A stretch of 64,000 bases of DNA. It comes from Macrostomum lignano. Taxonomy: Eukaryota. The notes under the pieces were generated by a model that saw only the letters and a list, made by a program, of their open reading frames with translations, searched no databases and was not told the origin of the DNA. The position numbers and the translations under genes were made by a program. The DNA lies in NCBI GenBank assembly GCA_002269645.1, contig NIVC01001661.1:62001-126000 (forward strand), in the 5' to 3' direction. Below are positions 18,846-31,770 of this stretch, one piece after another. Within the stretch, counting starts at the first letter, position 1. Each line of letters starts with the position of its first letter.

Positions 18846-19219
18846 AGGACTTTAAAATAGTAATTTAAGCGAATCAAATTAGATGCTAATAACAATAGGT
18901 ACGCATACATGTAAAACCCAGAGATGAAGTTAAAAAATAAAAAGCAACTGATTTAACAGATGCAGGAGCTATTTTTCTAAATTGCTAACACCACTTCAAG
19001 TTCAGACTGGGGCTACGAGCAAATGTCTAGCACTTATTATTGTGGCACCCGAGGGCAGCTGACTCTCGCAGAGATTCGGTGTATGCATTGTAACAGATGC
19101 TTCTATATTGAAGCAGCATGGGGCTGCAGCGCCTTTTCTATCGCTTATTTCACTGTCCTTGTAAATGTGCACACTGTACTATCTACATGTACAAGTGCCA
19201 GACTAAAATGGTTGGGGGA

Positions 19220-21079
19220 CATTCTAGAATGATGAGGGCGATTCTCGAATGATAGGATGGCGATTCTAGAATGATAGGAGGGAGATTCTCGAATGATAGG
19301 ATGGCGATTCTAGAATGATAGGAGGGAGATTCTAGACTGATAGGAGGGAGATTCTAGAATGATAGGAGGGCGATTCTAGAATGATAGGAGGGCGATTCTA
19401 GAATGATAGGAGGGCGATTCTATAATGATAGGAGGGCGATTCTAGAATGATAGGAGGGCGATTCTAGAATGATAGGAGGGAGATTCTAGAAGGATAGGAG
19501 GGCGATTCTAGAATGATAGGAGGGAGATTCTAGACTGATAGGAGGGCGATTCTAGAATGATAGGAGGGAGATTCTAGAAGGATAGGAGGGCGATTCTAGA
19601 ATGATAGGAGGGAGATTCTAGACTGATAGGAGGGCGATTCTAGAATGATAGGAGGGAGATTCTAGACTGATAGGAGGGCGATTCTAGAATGATAGGAGGG
19701 AGATTCTAGAAGGATAGGAGGGCGATTCTATAATGATAGGAGGGCGATTCTAGAATGATAGGAGGGCGATTCTAGAATGATAGGAGGGAGATTCTAGACT
19801 GATAGGAGGGAGATTCTAGACTGATAGGAGGGAGATTCTAGAAGGATAGGAGGGCGATTCTAGAATGATAGGAGGGAGATTCTAGACTGATAGGAGGGCG
19901 ATTCTAGAATGATAGGAGGGAGATTCTAGACTGATAGGAGGGAGATTCTAGACTGATAGGAGGGAGATTCTAGACTGATAGGAGGGCGATTCAAGAATGA
20001 TAGGACGGTGATTCTAGAATGATAGGAGGGAGATTCTAGACTGATAGGAGGGCGATTCTATAATGATAGGAGGGAGATTCTAGACTGATAGGAGGGAGAT
20101 TCTAGACTGATAGGAGGGAGATTCTAGACTGATAGGACGGTGATTCTAGAATGATAGGACGGTGATTCTAGAATGATAGGACGGTGATTCTAGAATGATA
20201 GGAGGGCGATTCTAGAATGATAGTATGGCGATTCTAGAATGATAGGAGGGTGATTCTAGAATGATAGGACGGTGATTCTAGAATGATAGGACGGTGATTC
20301 TAGAATGATAGGAGGGCGATTCTAGAATGATAGGATGGCGATTCTAGAATGATAGGAGGGTGATTCTAGAATGATAGGAGGGCGATTCTAGAATGATAGG
20401 AGGGCGATTCTAGAATGATAGGACGGTGATTCTAGAATGATAGGACGGTGATTCTAGAATGATAGGACGGTGATTCTAGAATGATAGGAGGGCGACTCTA
20501 GAATGATAGGACGGTGATTCTAGAATGATAGGAGGGCAATTCTAGAATGATAGGACGGTGATTCTAGAATGATAGGAGGGAGATTCTAGAATGATAGGAT
20601 GGCGATTCTAGAATGATAGGAGGGCGATTCTAGAATGATAGGACGGTGATTCTAGAATGATAGGACGGTGATTCTAGAATGATAGGAGGGCGATTCTAGA
20701 ATGATAGGATGGCGATTCTAGAATGATAGGAGGGTGATTCTAGAATGATAGGACGGTGATTCTAGAATGATAGGAGGGCGATTCTAGAATGATAGGACGG
20801 TGATTCTAGAATGATAGGAGGGAGATTCTAGAATGATAGGACGGTGATTCTAGAATGATAGGAGGGCAATTCTAGAATGATAGGATGGCGATTCTAGAAT
20901 GATAGGAGGGTGATTCTAGAATGATAGGACGGTGATTCTAGAATGATAGGACGGTGATTCTAGAATGATAGGAGGGCGATTCTAGAATGATAGGATGGCG
21001 ATTCTAGAATGATAGGAGGGCGATTCTAGAATCATAGGAGGGAGATTCTAGAATGATAGGAGGGCCATTCTAGAATGAT
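19220..21079. repeat. 22-bp minisatellite
   Basis: Unit gattctagaatgataggagggc, containing the palindrome ttctagaa. Confidence 0.96.
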
Positions 21080-21821
21080 TCCAAATGATTGTGGGTACTA
21101 ATCATATAAATAGAAAGGACATATAAATATCGACTTGCTACTTCGCTACTATGCTATAAGTAGTAATACTAGGTTTTCAAAAGTATGAAACTTTTACAGA
21201 CAAAAAATGAACAATAAGACAAATGAAAAATCTTGATAATTTTTTATCCAAGATCTAGGCTGGACAATAGACCCAGTTTAGAGACGCAGGCAATTCGAAG
21301 AAAGGCCTCAAAATAATAATAATAATAATATCTGCCACCAAACTTAATTTATTTTTTAATGCGATAATTATACTTATCGGGTTTAAGCAATTCGGCTTTA
21401 TTACAAACGAATAACTATAACTATAATCAAGTTGAGCTAGGCTATACTTTCAAAAAAAACTCCCGACTGTGTTTTGACAGGTTAGTCACTAATTCGCATT
21501 GCTTTACATACAATAGAGATAGATATACAGTAAAATATAAGATGCTACCCACAGCGCGACGCAACGGTAGTGATACTCAGTAATCTGGAGCAAATTAACT
21601 ATTGCAATACGAAATGCTATTAATAGAAGACTTGCTGGAGCAGAGAGAATGTTAATGGGCAGCAACTGTACACGACTCGCGTGAACTAGCGAAAGTTGTG
21701 CCTATAAATAAACAGGACTGTTACAAGACAAGCCGCAGATATCAGATACTACTTTAAGATACTACTTAGGAAGAAGCGAAGCTGAAAATCAACTGCCACA
21801 CTAATCATCAACCAGGAATGA

Positions 21822-22440
21822 TACAGGAAGCATCAACCGGGGATGCCACAGGGATCATCAACCGGGGTACCACAGGGAGCATCAACCGGGGATGCCACAG
21901 GGAGCATCAACCGGGGATGTCACAGGGATCATCAACCGGGGATGTCACAGGGATCATCAACCGGGGTGGCATAGGGATCATTAACCGGCGTGATACATGG
22001 ATCAATCGGGAATGCCACAGGGAGCATCAACCGGGGATGCTACAGGGAGCATCAACAAAAGGGGATGCCACACTAATTATCAACCGGGGATGCCACAGGG
22101 AGCATCAACCGGGGATGCTACAGGGAGCATCAACCAGGGTGGCACAAGGATCATCAACCGGGGTAGCACAGGGAGCATCAACAAAAAGGGATGCTACACT
22201 AATCATCAACCGGGGATGCCACAGGGAGCATCAACCGGGGATGCTACAGGGAGCATCAACCGGGGTGGCACAGGGATCATCAATCGGGAATGCCACAGGG
22301 AGCATCAACAAAAGGGGATGCCACACTAATTATCAACCGGGGATGCCACACTAATTATCAACCGGGGTACCACAGGGAGCATCAACCGGGGATGCCACAG
22401 GGATCATCAACCGGGGGATGCCACAGGGATCATCAACCAT
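21822..22440. repeat. 25-bp minisatellite
   Basis: Unit atcaaccggggatgccacagggagc. Confidence 0.92.
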
Positions 22441-22611
22441 CAATAAATCATCAAATTAAAGCTAGAAGTGAACTTAAGCTTCCATAAATTTTCAATTGAA
22501 TTGGAAGTGAATTTATAGTTAACAAACAGTTCCTTGGCAAGCAGAGAGCCAATACAAAGCAAAGCGGAATCTTAGTAGTACTGTTGACAGTAGCCAATCG
22601 ACATCAGGCGA

Positions 22612-23322
22612 TCAGGACAGGCTGAACATGAACTCCTTGTTACCAGACCGGCAGACAACCTGATCCGCCAAGAAGCCGACGCCGCCAGACGAGGCCAGGT
22701 CTCCGCTGATGTCATCTAGCAGTCGTTGAACCGACCGGTCCTGACTGCGATCGCCCAGAGTCCACAGCAGTGACACGTGCAACTGCGGCTGGTCGTAATA
22801 AACAGGCAGGCCAAACAGCGACATGGCCGAGTCCACCCGAGCCACCAGCTGTTCGCAAGCCGGCGCGCTGTGCTCGGCCAGGCGCAGAGCAAAAAATGTC
22901 CTTGTACAGTCGTCATTGGGCAGCGCGATGAGCTTGTCGGCTACTACCGGACAGCAGGCTGAGTCGGCCAGCTTAGAGCGGAGTGCATCGGTGTAGGCGG
23001 CAATCTGGTGGTGTCGGAGGATCACGGTGCGGGAGAGAGACAAATGCGGCGAGTCCACCGGGTGCACCTCGGCTCCGTGACACGCGGCGGACAGGGCGGA
23101 GCGCCAGGACTCGACGCGGTGTTCGCCGAGTTCGTCTAGCAGCTCGCCAGCCGGACAGTGCACGCTGGTTGCCCACTGGCCGCGTTCGGCCGGGAAACTG
23201 CGCGTCCGGCCCTGATGCGCCAAGGGATCGTCCGCTGCCGCCGAGGCGCCTCCGACGCCGCCAGGCATCGCCAGCAGGTCCTGCGGCACGGGAAGGCGGC
23301 CGGAAGAAGACGAGAAGGACAT
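22612..23322 (-). CDS. USB1: U6 snRNA phosphodiesterase USB1/Mpn1 (2H phosphoesterase), single exon, 236 aa
   Basis: ATG start. Motifs LPVP, GRTRSFPAERGQWAT, two catalytic HxS motifs (HLSLSRTVILRHH and HVSLLW), TRTF, and C-terminal CRSGNK match the USB1 family pattern. Confidence 0.93.
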   Translation of the reverse strand: MSFSSSSGRLPVPQDLLAMPGGVGGASAAADDPLAHQGRTRSFPAERGQWATSVHCPAGELLDELGEHRVESWRSALSAACHGAEVHPVDSPHLSLSRTVILRHHQIAAYTDALRSKLADSACCPVVADKLIALPNDDCTRTFFALRLAEHSAPACEQLVARVDSAMSLFGLPVYYDQPQLHVSLLWTLGDRSQDRSVQRLLDDISGDLASSGGVGFLADQVVCRSGNKEFMFSLS

Positions 23323-23456
23323 CCGGCGCGGGGGGAGGGGAGGCTGATGATTTTGGATTGCCGGATTGGCTACAGCAGCCGCTGTGGCTGAGAAAATGTG
23401 TCAGTCCTGGGGCTGGCCTGCAATCGGACAGGTTGGCGGGCGAAATATAATGGCAG

Positions 23457-24117
23457 CCCAGCAACTGGGGCTCTGGGAGGCTGGCATCCCAGCAACTGGG
23501 GCTCTGGGAGGCTGGCAGCCCAGCAACTGGGGCTCTGGGAGGCTGGCGGTAGCTTAAAAACTCAGGATCTGGGAGGCTGGCAGTAGCTCAGAAACTGAGG
23601 ATCTGGGAGGCCCGTGGTAGCTCAGAACCTGAGGATCTGGGAGGCCCGTGGTAGCTCAGAACCTGAGGATCTGGGAGGCCCGTGGTAGCTCAGAAACTGA
23701 GGATCTGGGAGGCCCGTGGTAGCTCAGAACCTGAGGATCTGGGAGGCTGGCAGTAGCTCAGAACCTGAGGATCTGGGAGGCCCGTGGTAGCTCAGAACCT
23801 GAGGATCTGGGAGGCCCGTGGTAGCTCAGAACCTGAGGATCTGGGAGGCTGGCAGTAGCTCAGAAACTGAGGATCTGGGAGGCTGGCAGTAGCTCAGAAC
23901 CTGAGGATCTGGGAGGCTGGCAGTAGCTCAGAACCTGAGGATCTGGGAGGCTGGCAGTAGCTCAGAACCTGAGGATCTGGAAGGCTGGCAGTAGCTCAGA
24001 ACCTGAGGATCTGGAGGGCTGGCAGTAGCTCAGAAACTGAGGATCTGGGAGGCTGGCAGTAGCTCAGAACCTGAGGATCTGGGAGGCTGGCAGTAGCTCA
24101 GAACCTGAGGATTTAGG
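23457..24117. repeat. ~29-34-bp minisatellite immediately upstream of USB1
   Basis: Unit gaggatctgggaggctggcagtagctcagaacct; starts with cccagcaactggggctctgggaggctggc units. Confidence 0.92.
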
Positions 24118-24279
24118 AGGACAGCATCTACTCGTCTTTCTGAGGGTGTAGATGTCTAGTTTCTACAGGCTAAAAAACTGCAATAAACGAACTAAAACAA
24201 TTCAAGCCGCCCACTCATGCACAATTCGCCATAATAAAACGTGTTTTTAAAAAGATTAAAACGCGCAATTATTTATGTC

Positions 24280-24390
24280 GCAGTAGTATATTTTAGCCTC
24301 TAAGGTCTGAGGCAATGCAAACTGAAGTCCCAGGTTCGATTCCAGCGACTGCTGCTTTTGAACAATAATAATGATAATAATAATAATAAA
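24280..24390 (+). mobile_element. Possible tRNA-derived SINE head
   Basis: B-box-like ggttcgattcc at 24333-24343, weak A-box-like tagcctctaagg upstream, followed by an (AAT)n tract; no full cloverleaf. Confidence 0.3.
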
Positions 24391-24789
24391 CATCAATTAT
24401 CATTATAACAAGACAGTAGAAGGAAAGTAAAGTGAAACAAACAAATTGAATCTGTCATTTTGATTAAATAACTCCGTCAAAAAACACAAACAGCGAAGTG
24501 ACAACTGACAAGTAGTTATTCATAAATTAATTATGGAGCAACTGTTCAGTGTTTCTAGTGTAAACTGAATATGAATTTCTATTTAGAGTAGCATAACGTG
24601 TACAATATTTCCATCAATAGTAATTCGTACAAGTTGACTTTAGAAATAACGCAGTAATCCAGGTTCTACTCCGAGACAAGAAAAAATGTAACAAAGGAAA
24701 ATTTTCCAGCTGTACACCACACCGCATTCTCTACTAAGGTCACCGATTGGGTCTTTTTTATTGCTGCAGCTGCTTGGTCCGCGCATTCG

Positions 24790-24824
24790 CTAACTCTGGT
24801 GAGACCCCAGGGAGCCGCTGCCGC
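24790..24824 (-). CDS. CSNK2A1: CK2 alpha putative terminal exon 6 (GGSGSLGSHQS*)
   Basis: Acceptor ttttccattcaagcag, phase-1 compatible with exon 5, TAG at 24790-24792, AATAAA about 30 nt downstream. Confidence 0.55.
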
Positions 24825-24920
24825 CTGCTTGAATGGAAAAAGTGCATGGCTTCACAAGTTATACTAAGGATAGATCAAAGAGTACATAGTGTAGCAGTCA
24901 TCAGGCTGGTAGAAATTCTC

Positions 24921-25640
24921 TGAGGACTGGGAGGCTGGCCCAGTAACTGAGGATCTGGGAGGCTGGCCCAGCAACTGAGGATCTGGGAGGCTGGCCCAGC
25001 AACTGAGGATCTGGGAGGCTGGCCTAGCAACTGAGAATCTGGGAGGCTGGCCCAGCAACTGAGAATCTGGGAGGCTGGCCCAGCAACTGAGGATATGGAA
25101 GGCTGAATCAGCAACTGAGGATCTGGGAGGCTGGCCCAGCAACTGAGAATCTGGGAGGCTGGCCCAGCAACTGAGAATCTGGGAGGCTGGCCCAGCAACT
25201 GAGGATCTGGAAGGCTGAATCAGCAACTGAGGATCTGGAAGGCTGAATCAGCAACTGAGGATCTGGGAGGCTGGCCCAGCAACTGAGGATATGGAAGGCT
25301 GAATCAGCAACTGAGGATCTGGGAGGCTGGTCCAGCAACTGAGGATCTGGAAGGCTGAATCAGCAACTGAGGATCTGGAAGGCTGAATCAGCAACTGAGG
25401 ATCTGGAAGGCTGAATCAGCAACTGAGGATCTGGGAGGCTGGCCCAGCAACTGAGGATCTGGAAGGCTGGCCCAGCAACTGAGGATCTGGAAGGCTGGCC
25501 CAGCAACTGAGGATCTGGGAGGCTGGCCCAGCAACTGAGGATCTGGAAGGCTGAATCAGCAACTGAGGATCTGGGAAGCTGGCGCAGCCACTGAAGACCT
25601 GGGACTGGGAGGGTGGCTTCTTTATCTGAGGATCTGGGGC
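24921..25640. repeat. 28-bp minisatellite in CK2 alpha intron 5
   Basis: Unit gaggatctgggaggctggcccagcaact; shares its core with the 23457-24117 array. Confidence 0.93.
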
Positions 25641-25763
25641 TTTCGATCATTTATATAAATGTTCATATTAAAAACCGCTTCTCTTTTAAGACTTATGCAG
25701 CTACTAGTAGTAGGCAAGCAGGAATCCTGTAAAATAAAGAAATCAGCGGACTGCGCCACTCAC

Positions 25764-25841
25764 CGGCTGCAGTGGGATTGAACGGCGACTTTGGACTGGC
25801 GGCAGCCTGCTGAATTCCGCCCTGGTCGCGGACGATGGGCG
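25764..25841 (-). CDS. CSNK2A1: CK2 alpha exon 5 (T-PIVRDQGGIQQAAASPKSPFNPTAA)
   Basis: cgcag acceptor is phase-1 compatible with exon 4; PIVRDQ follows HPYF as in CK2 alpha; GTGAGT donor at 25763. Confidence 0.75.
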
Positions 25842-25890
25842 CTGCGATAGGGAGTCGGTGGCGTTGAGTGTTCCGTTGCGAATGTTCCAG

Positions 25891-26330
25891 AATATCAGAA
25901 TGGGGGATATGATTCTTCGATATGGGATCAGAATGGGGATTCTTCGATATGGGATCAGAATGGGGATTCTTCGATATGGGATCAGAATGTGGATTCTTCA
26001 CTCGGGGATCAGAATGGGGATTCTTCGATATGGGATCGGAATGGGGATTCTTCGATATGGGATCAGAATGGGGATTCTTCGATATGGGATCAGAATGGGG
26101 ATTCTTCGATATGGGATCAGAATGGGGATTCTTCGATATGGGATCAGAATGGGGATTCTTCGATATGGGATCAGAATGGGGGATTCTTCAATATGGGATC
26201 AGAATGGGGATTCTTCAATATGGGATCAGAATGGAGATTTTTCAATATGGGATCAGAATGGGGGATTCTTCACTCGGGGATCAGAATGGGGATTCTTCGA
26301 TATGAGATCAGAATGGGGATTCTTCACTTG
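25891..26330. repeat. 27-bp minisatellite in CK2 alpha intron 4
   Basis: Unit gatatgggatcagaatggggattcttc. Confidence 0.95.
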
Positions 26331-26403
26331 GGGATTAAAGTAGGAGTTCTGGGGATTTCGGGATCTTAAGGTGCGGACTCGCAGCCTCTTAAAGCGGACT
26401 CAC

Positions 26404-26755
26404 TAAAGTACGGATGCTCCATAGCTTCCCTAGCGGTGAGCCGGTCATTGTGATCGTAGCGGAGCAGCCGATCAAGAAAGTCCAGAGCTTCGGCGCTCAC
26501 TAAATGCTGATTCTCGCTGTGCACAAATCGCTCCCAACGCTTGCGACTGTGCCTGGCTAAGATCTCGTTGAACCTCCGGTCCAAGTCAATCTGGTACTTG
26601 CTGATGTAGGCGTACAGCTCGTCAGTGCCCAGCACCTTGGCGATGCGCACCAGCTGGTCGTAGTTGTCGTGACCGTGAAAGAACGGCTCCTTCTTGAAGA
26701 TCATCGAGGCGAACATGCAGCCGAGGCTCCACATGTCCAAGGAGTAGTCGTACAT
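26404..26755 (-). CDS. CSNK2A1: CK2 alpha exon 4
   Basis: [44 protein letters not shown]...[13 protein letters not shown]; cag acceptor, GTGAGT donor. Confidence 0.95.
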
Positions 26756-26830
26756 CTGGGGAGGTCGCCAGGTCGCCAGAATTGCAATTAAAACTTGCTT
26801 AGAATGTACTGCCATTTCAAATACCGACTA

Positions 26831-27091
<261 letters not shown>

Positions 27092-27102
27092 CTAAAAAGC
27101 AA

Positions 27103-27690
27103 ACGCTTTGGCGCTAAACTCAATCACTTTGGCGCTAAATGCACCCAGCCACTTTGGCGCTAAATTCAACCACCTTGGCTCTAAATGCACCCAGACACTT
27201 TGGCGCTAAATGCAACCCTTGGTGCTAAATGCAACCACTTTGGCGTTAAACCCGACACTTTGGTAAACCCAACCACTTTGGCGCTACATCCAACCACATT
27301 GGCGCTAAACCCAACCACTTTGGCGTTAAACCCAACCACATTGGCGCTAAACCCAGCCACTTTGGCGCTACATCCAACCCCTTTGGTGCTACATACAACC
27401 ACTTTGGAGCTAAATGCAACCCTTGGCGCCAAATTAGACCACTTTGGCGCTAAATCCAATCACTTTGGCGCCAAATTCAACCACTTTGGCTCTAAATGCA
27501 CCCAGCCACTTTGGCGCTAAATGCAACCCTTGGCGCCAAATTCAAACACTTTGGCCCTAAATGTACCCAGCCACTTTGGCGCTAAAATGCAACCCTTGGC
27601 GCCAAATTCAACCACTTTGGCGCTAAATGCAACCACTTTGGGGCTAAACCCAATCACTTTGGCGCTACATCCAATTGGCGCTAAAAGCAC
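27103..27690. repeat. Degenerate ~21-22-bp minisatellite in CK2 alpha intron 2
   Basis: Core ccactttggcgctaaa repeated. Confidence 0.9.
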
Positions 27691-27763
27691 ATTTTATTTA
27701 AATTTCAGATGTTTAATCATACACTAACACATCTAAATGCTAACTAGAATTACAGACACTCAC

Positions 27764-28081
27764 CTTCCGATGCTCGTGATCAATCATAACGTTATGCGGC
27801 TTAACATCCCTATGCATAATGCCCATACTGTGACAGAAATCTAACGCTTTCAATAGTTCGAATATATAATAACGGATATCATAGTCGGATAGGCCAGAGT
27901 ACAGCAGTTTGAAGTCCGTGTTGTTCACGTATTCGAAGATAAGCGCCGGGGTTCTCGACACCGGATCCTTCACTATGCTCTGCATAGTAATAATATTAAT
28001 GCCGCCTTTTAGATTGTCCAGAATCTTTATTTCTCGCTTGATCTTCTTCTTTTTCACCGGCTTCAGCACCTTGATGACAAC
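27764..28081 (-). CDS. CSNK2A1: CK2 alpha exon 2
   Basis: [21 protein letters not shown]...[17 protein letters not shown]; 318 nt between cag and GTGAGT. Confidence 0.96.
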
Positions 28082-28565
28082 CTGGTGATGCAAATTAAAG
28101 CAATGGTTAGGGTTAGCTGGGGTCCGTCATGATAGCCTCTCGAGGCTTGTCGAGAAATTCACGAGGACCAACTACCTCAACTATATCAAGGATGTTTGCA
28201 TATATAAAACTATAAAATATATTCACAGGGGAGTTGCTGGCACCCTATCGCAAGGCAAATCTGCATGTAATCCGCAAATCCGGTTAAAGGGTAGCTTTGA
28301 CCTGTCCAAACCCTTGCACTCTTGACTTTACCCTTGACTTTTTCTTGCACTCTCAAGAGGCGACTGCAGAATCTTTTGTGATGGCGACTTTTCGATATTG
28401 CTGAGCATATATATACAACTATTTAGTAAACTATTTTTAGTATATGGATCTAGTAAACGGCTAGAGTAACTATGACTGTCGTGAGATACACAAATGCCTC
28501 GTCACCTAGTAGCGAGTTGCTATGTGGAAACTTTTACAACACATCTATTGCTTCAGAATGCTTAC

Positions 28566-28751
28566 TTTCTCCTGATTAGTAACGTTAACACCTTCAAACA
28601 CTTCGGAGTATTTGCCGCGGCCGAGTTTTCGAACCACCTGATAATCGTCCTGATTGCCCCATTCTACTACGTGAGCCTCGTAGTCCCAGTATTCGCGGCT
28701 GCGCAACGAATTCGCGTCAGGATAGGCGCGCGCTTTGCTTGGCAACGGCAT
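28566..28751 (-). CDS. CSNK2A1: CK2 alpha (casein kinase II catalytic subunit) first coding exon
   Basis: [10 protein letters not shown]...[34 protein letters not shown]...EK; 186 nt ending at a GTAAG donor. Confidence 0.96.
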
Positions 28752-31399
28752 AGCAACGCAGACAGTGGTGTTAATTAATCGAATCGATGATAAAGAATAA
28801 CAGAAAGCGAGCCTGGAAGCAAACAAAGCCCGATTAGACGCGGCAGCAGCGCGCACAGCCTCAGCTGCAAGCCTGCCGAAAATGCGAATGCCTAATCTTC
28901 AAGCTGGGCCGTCAACAAACGGCTGGGCGTTGACGGCAGAAGTAGTATAGGAATTCTTGTGAGTAGTTTAAATGCATTTTAATGTTGTTTTTTATATAGA
29001 AGTATTTAACGTGTTCCTCTGTTAAACCCCCTTTGACATCGCTGGCTTTAGTTAAGAATAGATAAAATAAGAAAGAATAGAAATTTAGTAAGATGATCAA
29101 TGCCACTCAAAATGCTCATGCTAGTTGTACTGGTACCACAGGTCTTCTGCCTTCTGACAGCACTGAGTATAGACATTTCACTTGTTAGCTAACTACTGTT
29201 GACCACCTGACTAACTATTGAGCATTGTTAATTGTTTTTTGTTGCACTTGATTCATTAAAGGTGTATTGATATGTCAATGCCTTGAATTTAATCCAGTCA
29301 TAGTAAACTGCATAGTCATTATCTCATCATTAGCTAGGCCTATTACTTGCATTTCCCAATTATAAATGCTAATTGTTATATTATTACTAATATAAAATAG
29401 CTAGGCCTACTATTTTACCACACTTCATACTCTATAGAAGTAAAAAGTAATAAAAAATTCACAATAGCATAATATATAGACTATATTATATTGCTAATAC
29501 TAATATAAGTAGTCAATAGTATACATATATAAATTTGGCAAATCAGTGTTAAACAACTTATTCAACAAAGTACTTTCTATTTGCAATAAACTAACTTCTG
29601 ATACTATAAAAAGTAACTTTTGAAACCCATTATCTTATCCAGGTCAATTAATCAAGAGTAACTTTTTCCATGAAAAAAATAATGCTTTCAATCACTTTTA
29701 TACATTACTTTCATACTTATTTTCATATTGTAGTAAGCCACTAGATTAGCTGTTTGGTCAGCAGCATCTCCACCCTTGCTCTTAACTATTGGGCACAGCT
29801 CCCCCCTTTTAACCTACCTGCTCAGCCACCCTAGTGCCACACTGTTTGCTCCCTGCCCACCCTGTCTATGCTTTGTTCTGTTTGCAGCCACTAGGCTTCT
29901 CTGCCATAGCTACCCCTGTCTAGTGGTCACTGGTGGTTTCACTAGTGACTCATCTTGCTTTCTTTATTGTAAATTGTAAGTGGCTGCAATAGTGTTAATT
30001 ATTTCAACAACATTTAAAACATGGTCTATTATTATTATATCATGTCATTATTATAACATATACCCTACTATATTGCAAAAATAGCATTTGAAAAACTTGT
30101 GATCATGTTTTTATGAAGCAATGATAACAGTGGCTACTTGTGCAAAATACCTTTGTAAAATTGAAATCCAAATAAGTGCTAATATCATAAATGTAGTTTC
30201 TGAGAAAAATTAAAGTAAGTATAAACAAATTAACTTCTAGTTTTTAGATGCAGTAATTATATTTGATTGATTTTAGGAAATTTGCTAATGCAAATTTCAT
30301 TAATGAAGTTGATTCTCCATTTGAATTCCTAATGTATGATATTCATGCTTGAATGTCCTATTGAACCTTGCCTAATTAGTAGTATGTCAAAAGTAGCAAT
30401 TATTCAATATATGGCTAGGTGTCAATGATTTCTAAAACTAAAGCGTTTGAAACAATAGAAAAAATGTCAGTTAGAAAATTAAAAAAATTGTCAAATTATT
30501 AGTATAGACCAAGAGCCTACTAAGTACTAGTAAAACCTAATAGACTTAGCTTTTATCCTAGCAATATTGGAAATAAAGTAGATCAATAGGCTATTGCAGT
30601 ACAAAATGATATATCTAATAGTTCAAATTTTCTTTTGATTTGATAGATCAAATTTAAAGCTTAATAACTTTGTTGACTAAAAAATAATTTTGCATAGAAT
30701 TTAAAATAAAGTTGAAAAGAAAATGCATTTTGTTTAGTCAATTTTTTATACAAGAGATATAATATTCCTAATAGCAGAGCTACAAGGTTGGCATTAGAAA
30801 TAAAGAATTTTGGGCTATCTTTTTCAGTTTGGCACATCAGTGGATGCCCTTGCTAAATGTCTATGCCACTTGCTCTGGTGGCTTAACCAGAGTGCATTAC
30901 TATTTGCTAGGAGCAGCCAGGCTACCACTTACCTTTTCAATCCACAATGCCTAGTGGCCATATAAGCAGACACCTTTGAGGACTACTAGACCAAGATGCA
31001 AATTTTGAATTCAGTTATTCAAACCAAATGGACTATCACTGCTATTCTAGTATTATATAATGGCCTTCCTGGCACTTAATCTAAAACATGACTACCAGAC
31101 TGAAAATGTTCTTGAAACAGTTGAGATTTTTTGCAGCTGCAAAAACCAAAAACCAAAGAAAGTGATAATAAAAAACCTAGTTTGCATTTTGCTACTCTGA
31201 AGACAATTTTTGTCAAGAAAGTTCTTGGCAATTCTTAAATATTCTATAGCATTGTTTATTAGAATTTTCCAAAAACCTGGCATATGTGGGTATATATAGG
31301 GGGTATGAGTGCATACTTCCTAGCTTTTTACTCCTTTAGCAACTGTTAGCATGGCAGCAAATAAGTCACTGCAAAAATCCTCTATTTGCATTTGCTATT

Positions 31400-31770
31400 A
31401 TATGACTAAATCTAGCCTAAGCAGCTCCAAATCTAATGGCTATATTGATGCTGCATTTGGTGAAGGTTACCATGTCTGTGTCAATAGGATAATGATGAAT
31501 TAATCAGGATAAATGACTAGTTTCAATGGTTCCATGCTAGTAATAAATCCATCAAAGATCAGCCACAATCAGGAAGGCCTTCCAAAGTTGATATCTAAGA
31601 AATTGGTGCTATGGTAGAAGCTGACCTGCATCTGACAACATATGAAATAGTAACTACCCTTTGGGTGGCTCATATAACCATATTTAACAAACTGTATGCC
31701 ATTGGCAAATTGTCAAAACACAACAAGTGGGTACCCTACCAACTCAGCAACTTGAATGTTAGCAAAAATC
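31400..31770 (+). pseudogene. Mariner (Tc1/mariner) transposase N-terminal relic
   Basis: Reads WF..KSIKDQPQSGRPSKVDI*EIGAMVEAD..TT.EI...L.AIGKLSK..KWVPYQL, matching the mariner HTH region through the WVPHxL motif; in-frame stop at 31596. Confidence 0.75.

Noticed and set aside
11753-21079. Regular 22-32-bp repeats resembling CRISPR arrays
   Set aside because: Units are head-to-tail with no unique spacers, there are no cas genes, and the context is spliced eukaryotic DNA.
28908-28937. 9-bp inverted repeat (gccgtcaac/gttgacggc) upstream of CK2 alpha
   Set aside because: A single short inverted repeat can arise by chance; there is no supporting conservation.
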